Assembly: GCA_963716725.1 (NCBI GenBank)
Contig: CAVQUB010000034.1
Span: 64,001-128,000, forward strand
From: an uncultured delta proteobacterium
Lineage (GTDB): Bacteria; Myxococcota_A; Polyangia; Polyangiales; Polyangiaceae
Length of the DNA stretch: 64,000 nt
Direction: 5' to 3'
Under the pieces are notes generated by a model. The model was not told the DNA's origin, searched no databases, and was given only the letters and a program-made list of their open reading frames with translations. The translations under genes were made by a program, and so were the position numbers. Of this stretch, positions 1 through 9,582 are shown one piece after another; the first letter of the stretch is position 1, and each line of letters opens with the position of its first letter.

Positions 1-1
1 A

Positions 2-2932
2 CTCAAGTTCTTCGATCCCGAGTCTCAGCGCACGGGCGAGTCACTCGCTCGGGTTTGGTTGCCACCGACGCGCGAGGCCATCACCACGCCGGCCGACGCC
101 GAACGCGCCCGTGCCGTCCTGCGTTCGCTCTGCGACGCCGTGGACTTTCCTTCGAGCAAGGCGCGCGCTCTCGAGGAAGACGTCGCGACGGCGCGCAGCC
201 TGTTTGGTCTGGACGGGTTCTTGCCCGCCTTTCACCAGCTCGTTCCATTGTGGGACTACTTGCCAGAAGACACCGTCGTCCTGGTCGAAGATCCAGCCCG
301 CGTCGTCGCGCAGATCCGTCAGGAGCTCGGGCAAGCCGAGACCGCCCACGCGGAGCGACACGCGGAGCCGCGCTTCGGGCTCGAAGAGCTCTACGTTCGC
401 GAAGCGACCATCGCGGAGGCGCTGGCCCAGCTGCCAGTGGCGGCGCTTCACCGCACGGCGGTCGTGGGTACCAGCGAAAATCCCGCCCGTCTCGACGACC
501 TCGAGCTCGCTCCTCTCGACGCCCCGAGCCTCGCCATTCGCGACCACGCAGACCTCGGTCGCGCGGTGACCCGCGCGCGTTCCGAGCGCGGCAAGGGCGC
601 CGCGCTGGAGCCGCTCTTGCGTCGCATCAACGCCTGGCACGAAGCGGGGCTCGATGTGACCATCACCGCGCGTGCGTCCACCCAGGCGGAACGCATCACG
701 ACCTTGCTCGGTCATCGCGGCGTGCGCGTCGCCGACGCCGAGTCGCGGGCGCCGAGGGGCACGGTGAAGGTGGTCACGGGAGCCCTCGCTCGCGGCGCCA
801 TCGTGCCCAGCGAAGCGTTCGTGTGGGTTACCGAAGAAGAGATCTTTGGTCAGCGGGCCCACCGGCGCCAAGAACGAAGCAAGTCGGCCCGGGCCTTCCT
901 GGAGGATCTGCGGGCGCTCGAGGTCGGCGACTATGTCGTGCACGTCGATCACGGCATTGGGCGCTACCTCGGGCTCGAGAGGAAGAGCCTCAACGGCGTC
1001 AGCGTGGAGCTGGTCGTGGTCGAGTACCAAGGCGCGGACAAGCTCTTCCTTCCCGTCCACCGGCTCAGTCAGATCCAGAAATATTCGGGCGGCGAAGGCG
1101 CGCCGAAGGTAGACCGCTTGGGCGGCTCCAGCTTTGCCAAGACCAAGGCGCGCGTGAAAAAGCGCGTGCGGCAGATGGCAGACGAGCTGTTGCGCCTCTA
1201 CGCGGAGCGCACGGCGCTGCAGAAGCCCGCGCTCGATCCAAAGGACGATGAGTACGCGGCCTTCGAAGCCACCTTCCCCTACGAAGAGACCCGCGATCAA
1301 GCGGCGGCCATCGACGAGGTGAACCACGACCTCGAGAAGCCCGCGGTGATGGATCGCTTGGTGTGTGGTGACGTTGGCTTCGGCAAGACCGAGGTCGCTC
1401 TCCGAGCCGCGTTCCGCGTGGCCATGAGCGGTCGTCAGGTGGCCCTGCTGTGCCCGACCACCGTGCTCGCGCAGCAGCACTACCTGACCTTTGCGGGGCG
1501 CCTCGCCGGCTACCCGATCCGGGTGCGACCGCTGAGCCGCTTCGAATCCAAGGCCGAGTCCGTCGAGACCCTCAAGGGGCTCAAGGACGGCAGCGTGGAC
1601 GTCTTGGTCGGGACCCACCGAGTGCTGAGCAAGGACGTTCATTTCAAGAACCTGGGCCTGCTGATCGTCGATGAAGAGCAGCGCTTCGGCGTGACGCACA
1701 AGGAGCGCATCAAGCAGCTTCGCGCCTCGGTGGACGTGCTCACGCTGTCGGCCACACCGATCCCTCGAACCTTGCAGATGGCGGTGGGCGGCATGCGCGA
1801 CATGTCCCTGATCACCACCCCGCCGCTGGATCGCCGGGCCATTCGCACCATCACCTCTCGCTACGACGAGCAGGTGATCCGGGAGGCCATCGAACGCGAG
1901 CTCTCGCGCGGCGGCCAGGTGTTCTACGTCTACAACCGCATCGACGGCATCTACGAGCGCGCCGCTCGCGTCGGCGAGCTGGTGCCCGGCGCCAAGGTCG
2001 CGGTGGGTCACGGGCAGATGAGCGAGGCGTCGCTGGAACAGACCATGCTCGACTTCGTCGAAGGTCGCTTCGACGTCCTGGTGTCCACCGCCATCATCGA
2101 GAGCGGTCTCGACATCCCGCGCGCCAACACCATCATCGTCGATCGCGCGGACATGTTCGGGCTCTCGCAGCTCTACCAGCTTCGCGGGCGGGTCGGGCGC
2201 AGCACCGAGCGCGCCTACTCCTACCTGCTGGTGCCGCCGCCCAGCCAGCTCAGCGACGACGCCCGGAGCCGCATCGAGGCCCTCGAGCGCCACACCGAGC
2301 TTGGATCAGGCTTTCAGATCGCGACCCTCGACATGGAGCTGCGCGGCGCGGGCGACCTGCTCGGCGCCGAGCAGAGCGGCTTCGTCTCGAGCGTGGGCTT
2401 CGACCTCTTCTGCCAGATGCTGCAAGAAGCCTCCCACGAACTGCGCGGCGAGGTCGTGGTGCACGGCGTGGATCCCGAACTCTCCTTCGACGTGGACGCG
2501 CTGCTGCCCGAAGACTACGTCGCGGAAGTCGGCGTGCGACTCAGCTTGTACAAGCGACTCTCGAGCGCCTCCGATGAGCACGAGGTGCAAGAGATCGCCA
2601 CCGAGATGGAAGACCGCTTCGGTCCGCCGCCCGAGGAGGCCAAGAAGCTGGTCGAGCTGATGCGCATCAAGACCGAGCTGCGTCGCTTGATGGTGCTCGG
2701 CTGCGAGGCCTCGGCGAAGAGCGTCTCGCTGCACCTGCGCGACGACACGCCGCTCGATCCGATCAAGATCGGAGAGCTCGTCGCCAAGAAGAAGAGCCCC
2801 TATCGCATCTCACCCGAAGGCCGCCTGACCCGTCGAGCCCTTGAAGGCGAGTCCTTCGTGAACGGCATCAAGCTCTGCGATCAAACCCTCGAGGAGCTCG
2901 GGCTCTGCGTGCGAGTCGACGCTCAGAACTGA
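2..2932 (+). CDS. mfd: Transcription-repair coupling factor (5'-truncated at window edge)
   Basis: Frame is open from base 2 ([11 protein letters not shown]). CarD-like [10 protein letters not shown]; helicase motifs [42 protein letters not shown]-terminus. Confidence 0.97.
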   Translation, partial: LKFFDPESQRTGESLARVWLPPTREAITTPADAERARAVLRSLCDAVDFPSSKARALEEDVATARSLFGLDGFLPAFHQLVPLWDYLPEDTVVLVEDPARVVAQIRQELGQAETAHAERHAEPRFGLEELYVREATIAEALAQLPVAALHRTAVVGTSENPARLDDLELAPLDAPSLAIRDHADLGRAVTRARSERGKGAALEPLLRRINAWHEAGLDVTITARASTQAERITTLLGHRGVRVADAESRAPRGTVKVVTGALARGAIVPSEAFVWVTEEEIFGQRAHRRQERSKSARAFLEDLRALEVGDYVVHVDHGIGRYLGLERKSLNGVSVELVVVEYQGADKLFLPVHRLSQIQKYSGGEGAPKVDRLGGSSFAKTKARVKKRVRQMADELLRLYAERTALQKPALDPKDDEYAAFEATFPYEETRDQAAAIDEVNHDLEKPAVMDRLVCGDVGFGKTEVALRAAFRVAMSGRQVALLCPTTVLAQQHYLTFAGRLAGYPIRVRPLSRFESKAESVETLKGLKDGSVDVLVGTHRVLSKDVHFKNLGLLIVDEEQRFGVTHKERIKQLRASVDVLTLSATPIPRTLQMAVGGMRDMSLITTPPLDRRAIRTITSRYDEQVIREAIERELSRGGQVFYVYNRIDGIYERAARVGELVPGAKVAVGHGQMSEASLEQTMLDFVEGRFDVLVSTAIIESGLDIPRANTIIVDRADMFGLSQLYQLRGRVGRSTERAYSYLLVPPPSQLSDDARSRIEALERHTELGSGFQIATLDMELRGAGDLLGAEQSGFVSSVGFDLFCQMLQEASHELRGEVVVHGVDPELSFDVDALLPEDYVAEVGVRLSLYKRLSSASDEHEVQEIATEMEDRFGPPPEEAKKLVELMRIKTELRRLMVLGCEASAKSVSLHLRDDTPLDPIKIGELVAKKKSPYRISPEGRLTRRALEGESFVNGIKLCDQTLEELGLCVRVDAQN

Positions 2933-3858
2933 CCGCTCGCCGATAGCCCGGTGGGACCGATCCAGAGCCCCGTTCGCGGCTCTCGCTTACTCCCGCCGAA
3001 GTCGACCACGAATAGGCCGAGGGCCGCGGTCCCGATCGCAGCGACCGCGGTGACGCCAAGCAGCAGATTGGTCCGCGCCTCCTTGTCGTGCCCCGCAGCG
3101 ACGCGGGCGTCGACTTGGCTCTGGCTCAGCTCGGGCAGGTCGCGCTCATAGTCGTCGAAGGCGCTTTTGGTATCGAGCGCGCTCCACACCGTCACGCCGC
3201 CGAGCACTGCGGTGAGCCCCGCTCCCGCGTAGAACCAGATCGGGCTCGGTCCCGCCGATGGGGGTGGCTGCGGGGGTGGCTTCGCCGTCGCGGTGGGCAC
3301 GACGAGCTCGCGCGTGCGGTCGACGGCGACGCGCAGGCGCTCACCGGCGCGCACCTGAAAGTCTCTGTCGAGCACGGTCTTGCCGTCGAGCACCACGCGC
3401 ACATGACGGTTGCCCGGATCGACCGAGGCCACCGCCGGCCTGCCGTCGATTGGGCGATCGTCGACGAAGGTCTGAGCCCCGTCCGCCGAGTCGATCTCCA
3501 GAGTCGCCACGTTGCGCGCCGCCACGGCCCGCTCGCTCTCGACCTGGGGAAGCAAGCTCTTCGGTGTCTCCGCGTCGGCGAGCACCTGATCGAAATGCGC
3601 CAGGGCCGAGACGTAACTCCCGAGCTTGGACTCGGCGAGCGCCCAGTTGAAGAGCACCACCGGGTGGGGCCGCAGCTTCTGAGCCGACTCGAAATGGCCT
3701 GCCGCCGTGGCAAAGTCCTTTGCTTGGTACGCCGCTATGCCCGCCTCGAACTCGCGTCGCCCGCACTCGACGGCTCCCTCGGTGCAATCCTGGGCGCGCG
3801 CGGAGGGGGCGACCCCGATCAGCGTGACACCGAGGGCCAGCTGCCACAGAAGCCGCAT
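2923..3858 (-). CDS. Exported TPR + PEGA domain protein
   Basis: Signal peptide MRLLWQLALG..ARAQ, TPR-like helices, PEGA-like segment, C-terminal TM pair ending GLSASGQF. Start moved from 3876 to ATG 3858, which has TAGGCT 8 nt upstream. Confidence 0.8.
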   Translation of the reverse strand: MRLLWQLALGVTLIGVAPSARAQDCTEGAVECGRREFEAGIAAYQAKDFATAAGHFESAQKLRPHPVVLFNWALAESKLGSYVSALAHFDQVLADAETPKSLLPQVESERAVAARNVATLEIDSADGAQTFVDDRPIDGRPAVASVDPGNRHVRVVLDGKTVLDRDFQVRAGERLRVAVDRTRELVVPTATAKPPPQPPPSAGPSPIWFYAGAGLTAVLGGVTVWSALDTKSAFDDYERDLPELSQSQVDARVAAGHDKEARTNLLLGVTAVAAIGTAALGLFVVDFGGSKREPRTGLWIGPTGLSASGQF

Positions 3859-3882
3859 TGCCCCTGAGCCTATCACGCCGCG

Positions 3883-5469
3883 TTACTTCTTCCCGAAGGG
3901 GTACTCGGTCACCAGCGGGTCGCCGGCTTTGACCGGCGGCGGCCGACCCCGCGGCCTCGCGGTGGCGCTCGGTGGGGGCGCCGCGGTGGGCTCCGGGATC
4001 TTCGTGAGCGGGATCACCACTGTGCGATCTCGATCGGGAACAACCGAGATCTTGCTCGGCTCGAAGCCCGGGGCGGAGACCTCGACGGACACTGCGGCTT
4101 CGCTACGAGCGACGCTCACGCGCCGGGGCTTGCCCCGGGCCGCGACGCCGTCGATGAGTACGGTCGCTTCCACGTCGGGGTGCGTCGTCACCTCGATGTT
4201 CACCTCCAGAGCGACGGGCGCCGCACTCGGCGCAGGAACGACCACGGGCACTCGATCGCGGTTGAGCGCCATGGCCATGACTCCGAGGGTCAGCACGACG
4301 GCGGTCCCACCCGCGGCGTAGGGCCAGCGGCGCGGCGCCTTCGTGGAAGCTCGCCGCACCGACACGACGCCGCTCGTGCGATCGACGTGGACGGATTCGG
4401 TGAGCGCCTCGAAGCTCTCGGCGCGCAGGCTGTCGATCGATCGCTCTTGGGCCTGCCGGTCGGCTTCGAACAGCGTCGCCATGAGTTCCACCAGCCCGGT
4501 ACGTGGATCTTCCACCCCGCTGGCGCGCACGAAGTCGTCCAGATCTTGCGCGAGCTCTTGGGCGGTCGAGTAGCGTTTGCTCGGCTCGCCTTCGAGCGCG
4601 TGCGACAGGATCTTGGAGAGCTCGGGCGGAAACCCGGGCACACGCGCGGCCGGATCGGGGACCTCTTCGAACAAGAGCTTGTGCAAGGTCTCGGTCTCGT
4701 CGCCGCCGGCGAAGAGCCGAGCGCCCACCGCGACCTCGTAAAGCGTAGCCCCGAGCGCGAACAGATCCGCGCGATGGTCGAACTCTCTTCCGAGCACCTG
4801 CTCCGGCGCCATGTAGCTGAACTTGCCCTTGACCCGCCCCAGCGTGGTTTGGACGATGCGCCCCGCCGCGCGTGCGATGCCGAAGTCGATCAGCTTGACC
4901 TCACCCTGGTAGGTCACGAAGACGTTCTGCGGGCTGACGTCACGGTGCACCAGCGCCAGCGGCTCGCCCTGGTCGTCGGTCAGCTCGTGGGCGTAGGCGA
5001 GACCTTCGGCCACCCGGGCGCCGAGCCAGGCGACCAACACCGAATCGAGATGCGCCCCCCTCCGCGCCAGCGTGCTCGCGAGCTTGGAGAGCGGTTGACC
5101 GTGCAGATACTCCATCGCGAGAAAGAGCGTGTCGTTCTCACGACCGAGCTCCTGCACCCGCACGATGTTCGGATGCGCGACGCGCACCAACAGGTTGGCT
5201 TCGTCCCGAAACTGGCTGATGAACTCTTCCTCTTCGGACAGGTGCTCGTGAACCACCTTGATCGCGACAAATTCCTCGGAGCTCATCGGCCCGGTCGTAC
5301 GGGCCAGGTAGACGGCTGCGCTTCCGCCAACGCCGATGCGGGGTCCCACCTGGTACCTCCCGAGCTTGGCGCCCACCACACGGCGGCGGGACTCAAAGCT
5401 CGGTGCGGTCTCGACAGCGCCCACGCTCACCTGGTCTGGATTCTCAAGATCCGCTCCACGGTCGCCCAT
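3883..5469 (-). CDS. Membrane Hanks-type Ser/Thr protein kinase
   Basis: VAIK, HRDVSPQN, DFGIA and YMAPEQ motifs; TM helix; PEGA-like, Pro-rich tail. Start may be GTG 5430 (GTGA overlap). Confidence 0.93.
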   Translation of the reverse strand: MGDRGADLENPDQVSVGAVETAPSFESRRRVVGAKLGRYQVGPRIGVGGSAAVYLARTTGPMSSEEFVAIKVVHEHLSEEEEFISQFRDEANLLVRVAHPNIVRVQELGRENDTLFLAMEYLHGQPLSKLASTLARRGAHLDSVLVAWLGARVAEGLAYAHELTDDQGEPLALVHRDVSPQNVFVTYQGEVKLIDFGIARAAGRIVQTTLGRVKGKFSYMAPEQVLGREFDHRADLFALGATLYEVAVGARLFAGGDETETLHKLLFEEVPDPAARVPGFPPELSKILSHALEGEPSKRYSTAQELAQDLDDFVRASGVEDPRTGLVELMATLFEADRQAQERSIDSLRAESFEALTESVHVDRTSGVVSVRRASTKAPRRWPYAAGGTAVVLTLGVMAMALNRDRVPVVVPAPSAAPVALEVNIEVTTHPDVEATVLIDGVAARGKPRRVSVARSEAAVSVEVSAPGFEPSKISVVPDRDRTVVIPLTKIPEPTAAPPPSATARPRGRPPPVKAGDPLVTEYPFGKK

Positions 5470-6374
5470 TCGTCGCGAGCCAGGGAGTCTGCGGCGTCTC
5501 GGAGCGCTGCTTTCAGGCGCAACAGCATCTGCTTGTCGATGCCGGGTAGCCTCGATATGAGCAACTCGAGAGTCGCGACGGCCTTCTCCGGCAGTGGCCT
5601 CCGCGACAGCATGTGGATCTCCAGCGCAAGGTTGGCCCAGACCGGATCGCGGCTGACCTCGCTCAGCTTCAGCCCGTAGATGCCGACTGTCTCGAGGACA
5701 TCACGAGGAACCACCCGGCCCTCCCGGGCTCTGGCGAGCAGGCCCTGGAGGTGGTCGCCGAGGAGCCGTACGGCGGCGTCCTGCCGCCCCATCGTGATCA
5801 TGCGGTCGGCCATCCGCGCCATGGTCAACAGACCGTCGGCCTTCTCGGTGCGCTGGGTCGTCTCCGCGCCTTCGAGACCGGGGTGCCCGCTCCGTTGGGC
5901 GGGCGCGAGTGCGGGCATCTCGGGCTGGGTGGGCGGAGCGGGCGAGACCGCGCGGATTTGCACCGACGCCTGGGCCGCTGGCGTCGCCTGCGCGCTGCGG
6001 GGCGAGGCGGGAGCGACCGTATCCGTACCGTCATCGACGGCGCGCACCACCATCTCCTGAGTGCCGACGATGATTCGATCACCGTCCCCGAGCGGCGTCG
6101 GGCCGGCGATGTGCGCCTCGTTGACCATCACCCCGTTGGTGCTGCCGAGATCCTCCACGAAGAGCGCGGCCTGCGAGACGAGCAGCCGCGCGTGATGCCG
6201 CGAGACGAGCATGTCGTCGACGATCACCTGGCAGCTCCGGCTCCGGCCCATCAGCAGCTCGCCCCGGGACAAGGCGACCTCGGTTCCCCCAATCAGCAGC
6301 GCGAAGCGGCGTTTCACGGTCGAGACGCCCCCGTTGAGCTCCGCGCGCGGCCATGTGACCGGCGTATTGCGCAC
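5427..6374 (-). CDS. FHA domain protein
   Basis: GRSRSC, VSRHHA, DLGSTNG FHA motifs followed by a helical C-terminal domain. Confidence 0.9.
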   Translation of the reverse strand: MRNTPVTWPRAELNGGVSTVKRRFALLIGGTEVALSRGELLMGRSRSCQVIVDDMLVSRHHARLLVSQAALFVEDLGSTNGVMVNEAHIAGPTPLGDGDRIIVGTQEMVVRAVDDGTDTVAPASPRSAQATPAAQASVQIRAVSPAPPTQPEMPALAPAQRSGHPGLEGAETTQRTEKADGLLTMARMADRMITMGRQDAAVRLLGDHLQGLLARAREGRVVPRDVLETVGIYGLKLSEVSRDPVWANLALEIHMLSRRPLPEKAVATLELLISRLPGIDKQMLLRLKAALRDAADSLARDEWATVERILRIQTR

Positions 6375-6439
6375 GAGGCAGACTATAGGGGCAATCGTCG
6401 CGAGGGTCGACCGCGGAGGGCTGTGGCATACTCGTGGTA

Positions 6440-7264
6440 GTGCGTGGCGGATATTTGTTCAGCGTTGGGCTCGCGAGCGTGGCGTGTAGCTTGTTTCCCG
6501 AGACGGCACCGATGGTCGAAGGGAGCGGGGGCGCCGGCGGCGTCGCCGGTGCGGCGGGCAGCGGGGGCACCGTTACGACGGGGGGCAGCGGTGGCACCGG
6601 CGCCACTGGCGGGATGGGCGCCACTGGCGGGATGGGCGCGACCGGCGGAACTGGCGGTGCTTCGGGGTCGGGCGGCAGTGCGGGTTGCGGCAGCCTGCAG
6701 TCGCTTACACTCGAAGCTGCGCGCGACACCTACATCGTCAACACACCGCCAAACTCGACTCACGGCAGCGAGAAGCTCCTGGAGATACTGACCTTCAATA
6801 CCTTCGCAGGACACCGGGCACTCGTCGGGTTCGAGACCACTCCAAGCGCCCTGCCCAGCGGAGGCAAACTACAGAAGGCCACGCTGAAGCTCCGGGTCGT
6901 GTTGAACGACGGGGCAACGCAGGACATCGGGACCCATCGACTGCAGAAGGCCTGGACGGAAGGCGGCGCGAGCTGGACGAAGTACGCTGGCAGCACGAGC
7001 TGGACCAACGGCGGGGGCGATTTCCTGGCCGCTTCGGCTCAGGCATCGGTCGGATCTTCCATCAAATCCGGAGACACGCTGAGCTGGGACGTGACGACTG
7101 ATGTCGCCAGCATGCTCGCCGGATCGATCGCCAGCGACGGCTGGCTCCTGAAACCTCTGGTCGACGACCCGCTCAACGGTGAGAAGCTCCACTTCGCGAG
7201 CCGCGAGGCCGCGGACCCTTCTGCGCGGCCCAAGCTCGAGCTCAGTTACGTGGTGTGTCCGTGA
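6440..7264 (+). CDS. Lipoprotein with DNRLRE/disaggregatase-like domain
   Basis: Lipobox SVAC, Gly-rich linker, ARDTYI, WTEGGASW, WDVT and FASRE..RPKLEL motifs. Confidence 0.75.
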   Translation: MRGGYLFSVGLASVACSLFPETAPMVEGSGGAGGVAGAAGSGGTVTTGGSGGTGATGGMGATGGMGATGGTGGASGSGGSAGCGSLQSLTLEAARDTYIVNTPPNSTHGSEKLLEILTFNTFAGHRALVGFETTPSALPSGGKLQKATLKLRVVLNDGATQDIGTHRLQKAWTEGGASWTKYAGSTSWTNGGGDFLAASAQASVGSSIKSGDTLSWDVTTDVASMLAGSIASDGWLLKPLVDDPLNGEKLHFASREAADPSARPKLELSYVVCP

Positions 7265-8094
7265 GCGCAGTCAGGACCCTCCGTCTCAAGCTCCCGACGG
7301 GTTGGCTTCGCCTGGCGCCGGGCGCCTACGAAATCGGCCGCAGCGCCCACTGCCAGGTCATCCTCGACGGCGCCAAGGTCTCGCGTCTGCACGCCCGCAT
7401 CGTCGTCGACGACAGCGGAGCCAACATCGAGGATCTGGGCAGCGCGAACGGAGTCTTCGTCAACGGCAAGCGCGTGGTCCGTGGCCAGATGACGGTCAAG
7501 CCCGGCGACCGATTGTTGGTCGGCGAAGTCGAGCTCGAGCTCGAGCTGTCGGTCGGCGAGACCACGGAGACTCAGCGTCCCGAAGCTCGACCCTCGGGGC
7601 GACCGACCCTGACCGAGTCGTTGCCCAGCCCGGCCTCTTACCCGAGCGCGATGCGGACCGTCGCCACCACGAAAGTCAATGCGCTGGAGCTCTTGGGCAA
7701 CGTCGCCGAACGTGCCGTCGGCACTGGTGACGCCAAGCGCGCCGAGATGATCCTCGAGGCTCGCCTCCGCGAGGTGCTCGAGGCCGCGAAGAGCGACCGA
7801 TGGGATCCGAGGTCGCGTGAGCTGTCAATTAGCCTGGCGCTGCTGCTGGCTCGCGCGTTGCCCTCGGCGGCGTGGCTCGATTTCGCCGTCGAATTGCTCG
7901 CCGTGACCCACACGCTGCCCTCGGAGGGTGAGCTCACGGCCTTCGAAGGGGCGGTGGGGCGGGTCACTGGCGCCAACGCCCGCAAGCTACAGGACTACAC
8001 CACGCTGGTGCGCGCGATGCCGAGCTCCCTGGAGAAGGTCCGCTCGCTCCACCGCCTCGAAGGCGTGCTCACCACCGTCTGCGGCCGGCAGTGA
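7255..8094 (+). CDS. FHA domain protein (paralog of 5427-6374)
   Basis: IGRSAHC, VSRLHA, DLGSANG; similar helical C-terminal domain. Start may be GTG 7261. Confidence 0.88.
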   Translation: MSVSAVRTLRLKLPTGWLRLAPGAYEIGRSAHCQVILDGAKVSRLHARIVVDDSGANIEDLGSANGVFVNGKRVVRGQMTVKPGDRLLVGEVELELELSVGETTETQRPEARPSGRPTLTESLPSPASYPSAMRTVATTKVNALELLGNVAERAVGTGDAKRAEMILEARLREVLEAAKSDRWDPRSRELSISLALLLARALPSAAWLDFAVELLAVTHTLPSEGELTAFEGAVGRVTGANARKLQDYTTLVRAMPSSLEKVRSLHRLEGVLTTVCGRQ

Positions 8095-8097
8095 GCG

Positions 8098-8724
8098 TCA
8101 GGCGTCGGGCGTCGGCTTGGCCGCCTCGAACAGCTCTTTCTGAGCAGACCCCGAGACCGCGGGATCGAAGCAGCGCCGGCAGCGGGCCTCGTAGGACTCG
8201 GTACCGCCCACGACCACGGTAGCGTCCCGTCGCACCAGGCGCTGGGAGCGATCCGCGGGGTTGCCGCAGCACATGCAGATAGCGAGGTTTTTGGTCACGT
8301 ACTCGGCGACGGCCATCAGATGAGGCATCGGCTCGAAAGGGCGGCCCAAGTAGTCCTGATCGAGGCCCGCGACGACGACGCGCCTGCCGTCGTTGGCCAG
8401 GCGCTCGGCCACGGCCACCAACGGTGGACCGAAGAACTGCGCCTCGTCGATGCCGACCACGTCAGCATCCGCGGCCAGCTCGAGGATCTCGTTGGCGTCG
8501 TCGATGGCGACCGCAGTGAGCTCTTGCTTCGAGTGGCTGACTACGCTGTCGGGCGCGTAGCGCGCGTCGATGCGCGGCTTGAAGATCATCACTCGCTGCT
8601 TGGCGTAGCGCGCGCGGTTGAGCCGGCGGATCAACTCTTCGGTCTTGCCGCTGAACATGCAGCCGGTGATCACCTCGATGAATCCGGTGTCGCGCGGAAC
8701 GTGATGCATCAGGGCCTCGGTCAA
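8098..8724 (-). CDS. tdk: Thymidine kinase
   Basis: GCMFSGKTEEL, IDEAQF, VAGLDQD, Zn-binding C-x-x-C and YEARCRRC. Confidence 0.96.
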   Translation of the reverse strand: MTEALMHHVPRDTGFIEVITGCMFSGKTEELIRRLNRARYAKQRVMIFKPRIDARYAPDSVVSHSKQELTAVAIDDANEILELAADADVVGIDEAQFFGPPLVAVAERLANDGRRVVVAGLDQDYLGRPFEPMPHLMAVAEYVTKNLAICMCCGNPADRSQRLVRRDATVVVGGTESYEARCRRCFDPAVSGSAQKELFEAAKPTPDA

Positions 8725-8743
8725 ACCCTGCGAGCGAGCGACG

Positions 8744-9582
8744 TCAACCCTTCACGCCGCCCGCGGTCAGCCCGGCCACCAGGTTCTTCTGCACCACGTA
8801 GAAGAGCAGCATCACCGGGAGGCTCACCAAGATGGACCCTGCGGCGAAGGCGCCCCAGGCCGCGTCGTGCTCGCCGACGTAGCGCTGGCAGCACCACGGG
8901 CAGAGTGAGCACCTCTTCTTTGCCCAGGATCGTCGCCGCCAGGATGAACTCGTTGTACGCGCTCATGAAAGCGAACAGGCAGGTCACCGCGATGGCGGGG
9001 CGCGCTGCGGGCAGCACCACGCGGACGAAGGCACCAAGTACGCGTCGCCCCGTCCACCATGGCGGCCTCTTCCAGGTCCTTGGGAATGGTGTCGAAGGCG
9101 CCGCGCAGCTGGAAGATCGCGAAGGGCACGCTGGTGGTCGCGTAGCAGACGACCAAGCCGGTCCGGGTGTCGAGCAGGCCCAGGGTCTCGAGCACGATGT
9201 ACAGGGGCACCGCGCTGGCCACCATCGGGAACATCTGCGTGGCGAGCAAGAGGCGCACGCCGGCCTCTTTGCCGACGAAGGTGAAGCGCGACAGCGCGTA
9301 GGCCGTGGGCAACGCGATGGCGATGCCGACGACGGCCGTCGCGATGCTCACCACCAGAGACGACGCAGCTTGGGAGAGCACGTGGGGGCCGCTGAGGAAC
9401 TGCGACAAGTGATCCAGCGTGAGTCCACTCGGGATGGGCAGTACCCGGCGCTCGGGGGCGCTGCCTCGGGAGAGCGCCGTCGAGACGACCCACAAGACCG
9501 GGTAGAGCGCGAAGAGCACGGCCGCGACGATGGCGACGTGCGACAGCACACTCTCGACGACACTGACGCGCCTCTCTCTCAT
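8744..9582 (-). pseudogene. malG: Sugar ABC permease MalG-like with two +1 frameshifts (~9039, ~8888), possibly sequencing errors
   Basis: MRERRVSVV..LEEAAMVDGATR continues in a second frame as LGAFVRVVLPAARPAIA, then in a third as QRYVGEHDAAWGAFAAG..GLTAGGVKG*. Confidence 0.85.

Noticed and set aside
41..2293. Long antisense or alternate-frame ORFs (also 24481-26955, 41716-44229, 60650-63346 and others)
   Set aside because: Shadows of real genes caused by high GC3; no motifs, Arg/Ala-rich. Only the last 130 codons of 24481-26955 look real.
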